Source of the DNA: an uncultured Chthonomonadaceae bacterium
Lineage (GTDB): Bacteria > Armatimonadota > Chthonomonadetes > Chthonomonadales > Chthonomonadaceae
Reading direction: 5' to 3'
Length of the DNA: 64,000 nucleotides
Assembly (NCBI GenBank): GCA_963817895.1
Contig: CAWFQB010000001.1
Span: 1,504,001-1,568,000 of the forward strand
Of the stretch, positions 54,889 to 64,000 are shown in pieces (within the stretch, counting starts at the first letter, position 1; each line of letters starts with the position of its first letter). The notes under the pieces were generated by a model. That model was not told the origin of the DNA. It worked only from the letters and a program-made list of their open reading frames with translations, and did not search any database. The position numbers and the translations under genes are program-made.

Positions 54889-56289
54889 ATGAATTCTCAG
54901 ACCCCCCTCCATTCCAATGAGGAAGGCAGCGACGAACTTGCGCTGGCGGCGGAAGTGGCGCACGTTCGCCACGACCTGATGAACCCGATTAATCAGATTA
55001 TCGGCTATGCGGAGATGCTGATCGAGGAGGCCGAAGACGCGGGGCAGGATAGTTTTGTCCCCGACCTGCACCGCATCCGCAACGCCACCAATACGCTCGT
55101 GATGCTGATAAACGAGTTTTTCGGCTCACAGTCCGATAAAGGCGAGGGAGAGAATACTCCTCCCACGCTGGACAGGGCGGTTGTCGGCGCGTTGATTGCG
55201 CCCGAAACTGGTGGAGGCCTTCCGCGACCGGGGCAGAGTCGTTTGCTTGTCGTGGACGATCTGCCCGAAAACCGCAATGTGCTTTCCCGGCGATTAGAGC
55301 GGCAGGGGCATTATGTGGCGACGGCGGCAAACGGGCGCGAGGGGCTGCAAAAACTGCGGGCGGAACCGTTCGATCTGGTGCTGCTGGATGTGCTGATGCC
55401 CGAAATGGACGGTTATCAGATGCTGCAGCAGTTGAAGGCCAGCAAGCGTATGCGGCATATTCCCGTGATTATGATTTCCGCGCTCGGCGAACTGGACAGC
55501 GTTGTCCGCTGCATCGAACTGGGGGCCGAGGATTATCTGCCCAAGCCGTTCAACCCCATTCTGCTGCGCGCCCGGTTGGGCGCGTGTCTGGAAAAAAAGC
55601 GGCTGCGGGATCGGGAGCAGGAGTATCTGGAACTGATTACGCGGGAGCGTGAAAAGGCCGACAGCCTGCTGCTCAACATCCTGCCCGACGCCATTGCGCA
55701 GCGTTTGAAAGCGGGCGAAACGCCGATTGCCGACCGATTAGAAGACGTGACGGTTCTGTTCGCCGACATCGTAGGATTTACTCATCTCGCCAGCCATACG
55801 CCGCCGGACGACGTGGTAGGACTGCTGAACACCATCTTTTCCCGCTTCGATCAGCTTGCCGAGGAGTACGGACTGGAAAAAATCAAGACTATCGGGGATG
55901 CCTACATGGTGGTCGGCGGCCTGCCCACGTACCGCCCGGATCACGCTGAAGCCCTTGCGGATGTGGCGCTGGCAATGTGTACGGTTACGTCGGAGATTGA
56001 AGCGAAATACGGAGGCAGCCTGCAAATCCGTATCGGCATGCACACCGGCCCCGTCGTCGCGGGCGTGATCGGCAGGAAAAAATTCGCCTACGATCTATGG
56101 GGCGATACGGTCAACATCGCGCACCGGATGCAGACAACCGGCGAACCGGGCCGCGTCCATACTACCCGCGCGGTTCGGGAACGCCTGCAAGCGCATTTCA
56201 CATTCGAGGAGCGCGGCGACACGGAGATTAAGGGACAGGGCTTAATGGCGACGGCGTTTCTGGTGGGGAGGAAGGAAGAAGGTTGTTAG
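54889..56289 (+). CDS. HisKA-like + REC + class III adenylate cyclase
   Basis: RHDLMNPIN, LDVLMP, LFADIVGFT, KTIGDAYM, YDLWGDTVN. Confidence 0.93.
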   Translation: MNSQTPLHSNEEGSDELALAAEVAHVRHDLMNPINQIIGYAEMLIEEAEDAGQDSFVPDLHRIRNATNTLVMLINEFFGSQSDKGEGENTPPTLDRAVVGALIAPETGGGLPRPGQSRLLVVDDLPENRNVLSRRLERQGHYVATAANGREGLQKLRAEPFDLVLLDVLMPEMDGYQMLQQLKASKRMRHIPVIMISALGELDSVVRCIELGAEDYLPKPFNPILLRARLGACLEKKRLRDREQEYLELITREREKADSLLLNILPDAIAQRLKAGETPIADRLEDVTVLFADIVGFTHLASHTPPDDVVGLLNTIFSRFDQLAEEYGLEKIKTIGDAYMVVGGLPTYRPDHAEALADVALAMCTVTSEIEAKYGGSLQIRIGMHTGPVVAGVIGRKKFAYDLWGDTVNIAHRMQTTGEPGRVHTTRAVRERLQAHFTFEERGDTEIKGQGLMATAFLVGRKEEGC

Positions 56290-56385
56290 TTGTTAAGTTG
56301 TTAGTTGTTAGTGTCAGGATTACAGCTGAATTACCTAACGACTTAACAACCTAACAACTAACAACCTAACAACTAACAACCTTCT

Positions 56386-56877
56386 CTAATCGTGCCGCAG
56401 TCCGACAATCTCATAACACGCTTTGCCGTCGGGGATGGGGACTTCCACTTTATCGCCCACTTTTTTGCCGCGCAGTTCCCTGCCGACGGGGGAATTGACG
56501 GAGATTCGGTTGTTGCCGGGGTCGGCGGAGGTGGCGTCTACGAGCGTGTACTCCCACTCGTCTTCCATTTCCAGATCGCGCACCTTGACGATGGAACCCA
56601 GTCCCACCATGTCGCCGCCCGCCGATTCATCCGCAACCACGCGGGCGCGTTCCAGCAGCGATTCCAGTTCGGCAATGCGTCCGTTGTTGATGGCCTGCGC
56701 CTGCCGCGCCGACTGGTACTCGAAGTTTTCCGACAAATCCCCGTACTCGCGCGCTTTACGGATGGCTTCGGTAATCTCAGTGCGCTTCACGGTACGCAGC
56801 AGCGTTAATTCTTCTTCTTTCTGCTTTTTGCTGCTGGCGGTCAGAACAATTTCGTCATGCTGCATGGCCTCTGCCAC
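56386..56877 (-). CDS. greA: Transcription elongation factor GreA
   Basis: AREYGDLSENFEY, ISVNSPVGREL. Confidence 0.95.
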   Translation of the reverse strand: MAEAMQHDEIVLTASSKKQKEEELTLLRTVKRTEITEAIRKAREYGDLSENFEYQSARQAQAINNGRIAELESLLERARVVADESAGGDMVGLGSIVKVRDLEMEDEWEYTLVDATSADPGNNRISVNSPVGRELRGKKVGDKVEVPIPDGKACYEIVGLRHD

Positions 56878-56986
56878 TCCTTCAAGCCAATGTTGAAATA
56901 GGTATCAACGCTTATAAGAATTAAGAACCGCCAAAAATAAAAGACGCGCGAACGCCGCGTTCAAAAACGCTCGTTCGCACGTCTCT

Positions 56987-57015
56987 AAGATACCATACCC
57001 GCGCCTGCCTGTCAA
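56987..57015 (-). promoter_or_regulatory. Sigma70 promoter of greA
   Basis: TTGACA-N17-TATCTT with an extended TG. Confidence 0.75.
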
Positions 57016-57228
57016 CGAAATTTATAAAACTATGTGGACATTCCGGCACGTAACTGACCTGCCCCCGGTATTTTGGTTCACCAAAAGCAGCGGTGAACCA
57101 AATTTTCAGGGGCATATCATTAGATTGTCAGGTGTTCTGCTAATAGTCCGCCGCGCAAAAACAAATGTGTTACTCTTGCGCTGTCCTGAACACCTGAAAA
57201 CTTAACAACCTGACAACCTGTTATTAAC

Positions 57229-57515
57229 CTACCGTTTACCGATGGTCACGCCTCTGCGCTGCAAGGCCACGCTGAACGTGTCGGCCAGCGTCGCTTTGGT
57301 AATGACGGTACTCAGGTCTACGCCCAGATGGATAATTCCAGCATATCCTCCTGTCGCGGAACAGACTCAGGAATTCGCGGCACTGGTCGCGCAGTTCCGA
57401 ACCCTCAATCAGGTTGCTGCGCATCGCGCGTCTGCGCGGCCAGCCACTCTGCCAGCAGGTCGGCGTAGCGCGTTCGTAAAATCTCCGGCAGGCGACTCGC
57501 GCCGTCAGATGTCAT
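57229..57515 (-). pseudogene. Internally deleted rsbR-like (STAS) remnant
   Basis: AAGGAG RBS, then MTSDGASRLPEILRTRYADLLAEWL, LIEGSELRDQCREFLSLF and IIHLGVDLSTVITKATLADTF...* in shifting frames. Confidence 0.7.
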
Positions 57516-57746
57516 CAGCGAAACTCCTTTGGGTATGATACGGCACAACGGAAAATGAGGGCAGTCCTTCAGCTCCTCTAAAGCGAACAGCGAGGGGTGG
57601 AAGAGGGACTGGAAACACGATAAACCGTCTGTTTACCGGAACCCTGCCATCGTACCATAAGCGGGCGGGAAACGCAAATAGTTCGTCGGGCATATTCGGT
57701 TTGCAGGCGGTACAGGTATACTGTATTCGATCAACGAAATCAAACC

Positions 57747-58733
57747 ATGGCTCAAATTCCACAGCAAAATCAGAATACGGCGACTGCGCAAGTTCATGGC
57801 GTGGTCGTGGTGGACAAGCCGCAAGGCATGACCTCGCATGATGTTGTCGCTATTGCGCGTAAGATGTTTCGGACCAGGCGCGTGGGGCATACGGGAACAC
57901 TGGACCCGGATGCGACGGGCGTGATGGTGTTGTGTCTGGGACACGCGACAAAAGTTGCCGAATACCTCAGCGCGGCCCGCAAACACTATACGGCGGAAAT
58001 CGTTTTCGGCGTGGAAACCGACACGCAGGACGCGGGCGGGCAGGTTATCGCCACGCGGGATGCGAGCGAGGTGACGGAAGCGCGGGTACGCGCTGTTTTG
58101 CCCGCTTTCCGGGGCGCAATTCAGCAGGTTCCCCCGATGGTTTCCGCTCTGCACCATGAGGGCAAGCGTTTGTACGATCTGGCGCGGCAGGGCATTACCG
58201 TAGAACGGGCGGCCCGAACGCTTCATATTGATGAACTGGAACTGACCGCTTTTACGTCCGGCGCGCATCCCGTCGCGCAATTGGAAATAACCTGTTCTAC
58301 GGGAACGTATATACGCTCGCTTGCGTCCGACATTGGAACCGCAGTGGGAACGGGCGGCATGATGCAGTCCCTGCGCCGAACGTGGGTAGGCGAACGGCTG
58401 GACGAGCCGAACCGTCCGTTTACGCTGGCAAACGCGCATACGCTGGAAGAGTTGCGTGACCGGGCGCAGGCGGGAACGCTGGCAGACGTAGTTTTGCCGC
58501 TGTCTCTTGCGCTTACCGGATGGGCGCAGGCGCAACTCAATAGCGAACAAGCAGGGCGTATCCGGCGCGGGCAAACCGTTACGCTTGCCGATATAGACGC
58601 GCAGCGCTTGACGAATTGGCCTCCTGCAACAACGGATACGCCGGTTGCCCTGCTCGACGAAGCGGGTGAGGTGATTGCGCTGGCCCGTGTGGAGGTGGCG
58701 CACCTGCAACCGTATAAGGTTTTCGCGGCGTAA
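57747..58733 (+). CDS. truB: tRNA pseudouridine(55) synthase
   Basis: DKPQGMTSHDVV, VGHTGTLDPDATG, QVPPMVSA, CSTGTYIRSL. Confidence 0.97.
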   Translation: MAQIPQQNQNTATAQVHGVVVVDKPQGMTSHDVVAIARKMFRTRRVGHTGTLDPDATGVMVLCLGHATKVAEYLSAARKHYTAEIVFGVETDTQDAGGQVIATRDASEVTEARVRAVLPAFRGAIQQVPPMVSALHHEGKRLYDLARQGITVERAARTLHIDELELTAFTSGAHPVAQLEITCSTGTYIRSLASDIGTAVGTGGMMQSLRRTWVGERLDEPNRPFTLANAHTLEELRDRAQAGTLADVVLPLSLALTGWAQAQLNSEQAGRIRRGQTVTLADIDAQRLTNWPPATTDTPVALLDEAGEVIALARVEVAHLQPYKVFAA

Positions 58734-58771
58734 GTCAAACACAAATATGAGTATTATTCCAAAGGCTGAGA

Positions 58772-59813
58772 ATGAACGTTTACGATGGATTGGAGGCGGT
58801 CACGACGCCGTTTCCCGCCTCTTCGGTGGCTATTGGAACTTTTGACGGCGTACATGTCGGGCATCAGGCGATTATTCGCGCGGCGGTGGCGGATGCGCAG
58901 CGTCACGCGCGCCCCGCGCTGGTTTTTACCTTCGACCGTCACCCGGCGGAACTGTTTGCCCCGGAACACGCGCCCGCCCTGCTGACCACGCCCGAACAGC
59001 GCAATACGTTGATTGCTGAATTGGGCGTGGATGGGCTGGTTATCGCGCATTTCGATACCGCGCTGGCGCAACTATCGCCGGATGATTTCGTACAGCGTAT
59101 TCTGAAAGACAAACTGGGCGCACAGGCCATTGTGGAGGGCGCGAACTTCTGCTTCGGCAAGGACCGGGCGGGCAATGTGGCGTATCTGCAGGCCGCGCAG
59201 TCGCAGTACGATTTTACCCTGACCGCGCTGGAACCCATTATGGCGGCGGGAGCGCCGGCAAGCAGTACCCGCATCCGCGAGGCGCTGCGGGCGGGCGATG
59301 TGGCCTTAGCGGAAACCGTTTTGGGACATGCGTATCAGCTTGTCGGCACAGTCGTAGGCGGGCAGCAGTTGGGCCGGACATTGGGCTACCCGACCGCCAA
59401 TCTGGAACTGACGCTATCGGCAGGCGGTTCCCGGCGATGGCATTTACGCGGTTGTCGCTACGCTCGACGATGGCCGCAGGGTTGGCGGGGCATGCAGCAT
59501 CGGGGAACGCCCGACGGTCGAGGGCGCGGGCCGCTCGATTGAAACGTATCTGCTGGATTTCGCGGAAGATATTTACGGGCAGCAAATGTCGCTGCGCTTC
59601 GTGGAAAAGTTGCGCGACGAACTGCGCTTCGCTTCGCTGGCCGAACTCACCGTCCAAATGGCAAATGACGTGACGCAAACCCGCTATATTCTGGCAGAAA
59701 AGAAATTTGGGATGAGACATCAGCCCTTATCCTTCGCACAAGGAGGGGAGCGCTTACATTTAAGGGGGACGAAGGCTTTTCATAATCTCTTTTCTCGAAT
59801 GAATGGGGAATAA
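58772..59813 (+). CDS. ribF: Bifunctional FAD synthetase/riboflavin kinase (indels near 59415-59435; 3' end uncertain)
   Basis: IGTFDGVHVGH, SSTRIR, GRTLGYPTAN, then GIYAV, IETYLLDF and LRDELRF in another frame. Confidence 0.93.
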
Positions 59814-59827
59814 TTCAACGCGGAAAG

Positions 59828-60716
59828 ATGAAGAGGGCAGTGGCTATGAACTTTGCGCGTTACAACGATGGCAGCAGTAATCCGCCGCGCCTGCGCGTTC
59901 AACATTCGCTGTGGTCGCTGCGCAAACTGCCCATGAACGGCGCAGTGGAATGGACGCTGGCGGAAAAGTTTCGGCGCGTGAAGGCTGAAGGGTTTGAGGC
60001 GGTGGAGTGCTGGCTCACGGACGAGGATGAGCGGGAACACAAGGCCGCGCTGGATGCGGAAGGGTTGAGGCTCGTGTTGGGACACCGCCCGTTCACGCTC
60101 GACGATGTGAAGAAGACGGTTGACCGCGCGGTTCGATTGGGCGCGGATTATATGTTTGCGCAGCCTGCCGACGCTTTCACGCCCCTTGAAACGGTTGCCG
60201 CTCTGTGCCGTGACGGGCGCAAAATCGCCAACGACGCGGGTATTCCCTTTTTCGTGGAAACGCATCGCAACAACTTTACGGAAACCCTGCCGCAAACGCG
60301 GCAGTTGATAGAACAGGTTCCCGACATCCGCTTTACGGGCGACCTGTCGCATTTCGTGGTCGTGGGCGAGTTTTATGGCTGGAAGGACGAGCGGGCTGTA
60401 GACCGCATGATGCCGGTTCTGGAACGCGCCTCGCATCTGCACGGGCGCATTTCCAACGGCGAACAGGTACAGGTGGATGTGGGTGAGGGAACCGGCGACA
60501 CGGCGCAATTTTTCGTCAACCTATGGGCGACAGCCATGCGCCACTGGCTCAAAGACGCGCAGACCGGGCGACGTATTTCCCTTCGCCAGCGAACTCGGCC
60601 CGCCACGCTACGCCATTACTACGCCCGATGGCCGCGAATTCAGCGACCGTTGGGAACAGAGTCTCGTGATGAAGCGTCTGGCAGAACAAGCGTGGGAGGA
60701 AGGGAGGAGGGAATAG
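59828..60716 (+). CDS. Sugar phosphate isomerase/epimerase TIM-barrel protein (frameshift near 60560)
   Basis: EGFEAVE, VETHR, GDLSHF, HLHGR, ELGPPRYAI. Confidence 0.8.
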
Positions 60717-60804
60717 AGAGTAGGGAGTAGGAAAAGCGTTGTTCAACTCGCGCATTGTCCTACTCCCTACCACCTACTCCCTATTCCCTACCCGGAGGAT
60801 AACG

Positions 60805-62028
60805 ATGCCCAGTTTTAACATCGGGATTGAAGAAGAGTACCAGACCATTGATCCCGAAACGCGGGATTTGCGCTCGCATATTGACGCGGAAATTATCGGC
60901 AAGGGCAAGACGCGGCTGCGCGAAGAGGTCAAGGCCGAAATGCACCAGTCCGTTGTCGAGATCGGGAACCGGCATTTGCGCCAATGTGCAGGAGGCCAAA
61001 GAGCAGGTCACGGAGATGCGCAGCCAGATTATCGCACTGGCGCGGGAAAACGGCCTGCTGCTTGCCGCGTCGGGGACGCATCCGTTTGCCGACTGGCGCG
61101 AACAGGAGATTTATCCCGATGAGCGCTATCGCGTGATTGTGGAAGATTTGGCGCAGGTGGCGCGGGCGAACCTGATTTTCGGCCTGCATGTCCATATCGG
61201 CATCGAAGACCGCGAAGAGGCCATTCATGTAATGAACACGGTGCGCTACTTTCTGCCGCACATTCTGGCCCTGTCCACCAATTCGCCCTTCTGGATGGGC
61301 ATGGATACCGGCCTGAAATCGTATCGCTGCAAAGTGTTCGACAAGTTTCCGCGCACCAATATTCCCGACTATTTTCTCAGTTGGGACGAGTTTGAGAATT
61401 TTATTGAGATGCTGGTGCAGACCAACAGCATTGACAACGCCAAGAAAATCTGGTGGGACATTCGCCCGCATCCGTTTTTCCCCACGCTGGAATTTCGCAT
61501 CTGCGACGTGCCGATGCGCGATAGACGAGACCATTGCCATTGTCGCGCTGATACAGGCGACCGTCGCCAAATTGCACAAGACTGCACGCGGCCAATCAGG
61601 ACTATCGCCAGTATCGCCGCGACCTGCTGATGGAGAACAAGTGGCGCGCGCTGCGCTACGGCGTGGAGGGCAAACTGATTGACTTCGGCAAGAAGATCGA
61701 AGTGCCGTTCAAAGATTTGATGCTGGAGTATCTGGATTTCGTGGACGATGTGGTAGACGAATTGGGTTCCCGCAGGGAACTGGAATATATCAAAACGATG
61801 CTGGAAGTGGGCAGTGGCGCCGACCGACAATTAAAGGTATATCGTGAAACAGGAGATTTGAAGAAAGTGGTAGATTACATTGTTGCGGAAACGGCCCTGC
61901 CCCCCGGCAGCCCGGTAGGTTCGACTTCACTGCCTACAACCGGACATGACAATCCGAATGCGTGGCCGGATATTACCAGCCATGCGGCGGTGAAAACATC
62001 CACAGCGGAAGGGGGCGTAACGGCATGA
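60805..62028 (+). CDS. YbdK-family carboxylate-amine ligase (frameshifts near 60965 and 61520-61585)
   Basis: IGIEEEYQ, ASGTHPF, FGLHVHIG, LSTNSPFW, WWDIRPHP, LEFRICD, ENKWRA. Confidence 0.9.
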
Positions 62029-63041
62029 GCATGTTAAGCGCGTATCCCTTTAACCCGGCTTACACGCTTGGCGCGAACAACGCCGTGAAAGTGTGCCTGC
62101 GCATACAGCCGTCCGAAAAAGTGACCGTGATTACGGATCGCGCCTGCCTGGAAATCGCGGCCAGCCTTGTCCGCGAACTGGATGAGTTGGGCGTCGCCTA
62201 CAATCCCTTTATTCTGGAAGACCTTGCCCCGCGTCCACTCGTTGATATGCCCCGCGAAGTGCTGGACGATCTGGAAACCAGTCAGGTCAGCATTTTCGCG
62301 GTGCAGGCGCAAACCAACGAACTGAAAACGCGGATGCAGATGACGGAAGTGGTCAATCGCCGCAGTATCCGCCACGCCCACATGGTCAACATCGAGCCGC
62401 AGATCATGGTCGAGGGGATGCGGGCGGACTTTCTGGAAGTGGACGCCCTGAGCGTCCGCGTGTTCGACATTGTGACGCAGGCCAAAGTGATCCGGGCGAC
62501 AACCCCGGCGGGAACCGACATTACCGCCCAACTCAACCCCGATTACAAATGGCTGAAAACCAGCGGCATCATCAGCCCGCACAAGTGGGGCAATCTTCCG
62601 GGCGGGGAAGTGTTCACCACCCCGCATGAAGTGAACGGAACCTTCGTCATTGACGGCGTGGTGGGCGATTATCTGTGCGCCAAATACGGCAACCTGCGCG
62701 AAACGCCGCTGACGATTCGCGTGGAGGGCAACCGTCTGGTATCCGCCGATAGCGACAACAAGGAACTGGTCGAGGAGTTCTGGAACTACACGCATACCGA
62801 CGAGAACAGCGACCGCGTGGGCGAGTTCGCCATTGGAACCAACATCGGCCTGACCGACGTTATCGGCAACATTTTGCAGGATGAAAAATTGCCCGGCGTC
62901 CACATCGCGTTCGGCAATCCCTACGGCCTGCACACGGGCGCGGAGTGGGACTCCTCCACGCACATTGACGTGGTCGGCCTCAAATTCGACATCTGGGCCG
63001 ATGATTTTCAGATCATGCGGGCCGGGAAGTTTCTGATATAA
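62025..63041 (+). CDS. M29-type (thermophilic metalloprotease) aminopeptidase
   Basis: NLPGGEVFT, GEFAIGTN, QDEK, HIAFG, HID. Confidence 0.88.
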   Translation: MSMLSAYPFNPAYTLGANNAVKVCLRIQPSEKVTVITDRACLEIAASLVRELDELGVAYNPFILEDLAPRPLVDMPREVLDDLETSQVSIFAVQAQTNELKTRMQMTEVVNRRSIRHAHMVNIEPQIMVEGMRADFLEVDALSVRVFDIVTQAKVIRATTPAGTDITAQLNPDYKWLKTSGIISPHKWGNLPGGEVFTTPHEVNGTFVIDGVVGDYLCAKYGNLRETPLTIRVEGNRLVSADSDNKELVEEFWNYTHTDENSDRVGEFAIGTNIGLTDVIGNILQDEKLPGVHIAFGNPYGLHTGAEWDSSTHIDVVGLKFDIWADDFQIMRAGKFLI

Positions 63042-63123
63042 GAGGAGTAGGGAGTAGGGAATGGGGAGTCAAAAGGATACCCTATCCTGGTTCTACTCCC
63101 TCACTCCCTACTCCCTACTCCCT

Positions 63124-64000
63124 ATGATTACCTCCCTACGCCCGCCTTCAACGCCAATTTCACCCCGGAAAAGTACCAGACGTTTTTGCAAATGCTGGAC
63201 GCGGGGTGCGGCAGTCCTGTGCCGTTTCGTAACTGTGAAACGCCGTGCTTTTTTCCGACTGCGCTGCTGGAGCAGATGGCGGAGTACGGGAAAGAACTGG
63301 TCGGGCAGTTGATGTCCAATGAGGAGTATTTGCGTCGCGCGGCGGAAACCATTCCCCCCAACTTTCGGGTACGCGACGATGGCAAGCCGCCCCTGTTCGT
63401 GCAGGTGGATTTTGGGCTGACTGAGGACGCGCAGCCGCGACTGGTGGAGATACAGGGGTTTCCGTCCCTGTACGCGTTTCAGCCGTTTCAGGCGGAAGTA
63501 TACCGGCAGGCGTATGGTCTTGGTCGCGGAACTTGCAAACGTTTCTCGGCGGTTTGGATGCACGACAGTTATAATGACCTGCTGCGCACGGCGATTTTGG
63601 GCGGGCATGACCCGGAAAACGTCGTTCTGCTGGAAGTTGATCCGTACGGGCAAAAAACCCTGTGCGATTTCCTGCTCACGCAAAAGCTGTGCGGGCTGGC
63701 GATTGTGGATGTAACGCGAAGTTCGGCAGCAGGGGCGCGAATTGTTTTATGAGCGCGACGGCAGGCAGATTCCCATCCGCCGCATTTACAACCGCGTGAT
63801 TGCGGACGAACTGGAACGCCGCAACATTCAGCCCGGTTTCGATTTACGCGCGGATTTGAACGTAGAATGGGCGGGGCATCCCGACTGGTACTTCAAAATC
63901 AGCAAGTTTTCCCTGCCGTTTCTGCAATCACGAGTGCGTCCCCAAAACATGGTTCCTGAACGAACTGGAAACCCTGCCCGCCGATCTGGAAAACTACGTC
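63124..64000 (+). CDS. Circularly permuted ATP-grasp-like protein (frameshifted; runs off the right edge)
   Basis: QVDFG, PRLVEIQGFPS, IRRIYNRV, WAGHPDWYFKISK. Confidence 0.65.

Overview
A GC-rich bacterial chromosomal window. The PEP-CTERM gene style suggests an Armatimonadota-like organism, but this is inference. Many genes carry single-base indels, including the normally essential ribF, so most frameshifts are probably long-read assembly errors. In order, the window holds: a partial BTAD-ATPase regulator; a metal-efflux operon (TolC, MFP, RND) preceded by a Cys-rich RAPP leader ORF; a Doc-type and a VapC-type toxin-antitoxin pair; a J-like/GrpE-like/Hsp70 triad; an orphan gamma-class m6A methyltransferase; an ECF sigma/anti-sigma pair; a SigB/F-like sigma factor fused to a degenerate GGDEF domain; tRNA-Val and tRNA-Asp; three sigma54-promoted PEP-CTERM genes, one of them bracketed by a 65-bp tRNA-Asp duplication; a Ro60/TROVE gene; a glycosyltransferase and flippase; a hybrid kinase, response regulator and adenylate cyclase; greA; an rsbR remnant; truB-ribF; and a YbdK/M29/ATP-grasp-like cluster. 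The strongest finding is an unannotated tandem array of three short, covarying Y-RNA-like hairpins directly upstream of the Ro60 gene (42227-42479, minus strand). Next are the tRNA-Asp-anchored PEP-CTERM cassettes and the sigma-GGDEF fusion. All family calls come from motif recognition by eye; no searches were run.
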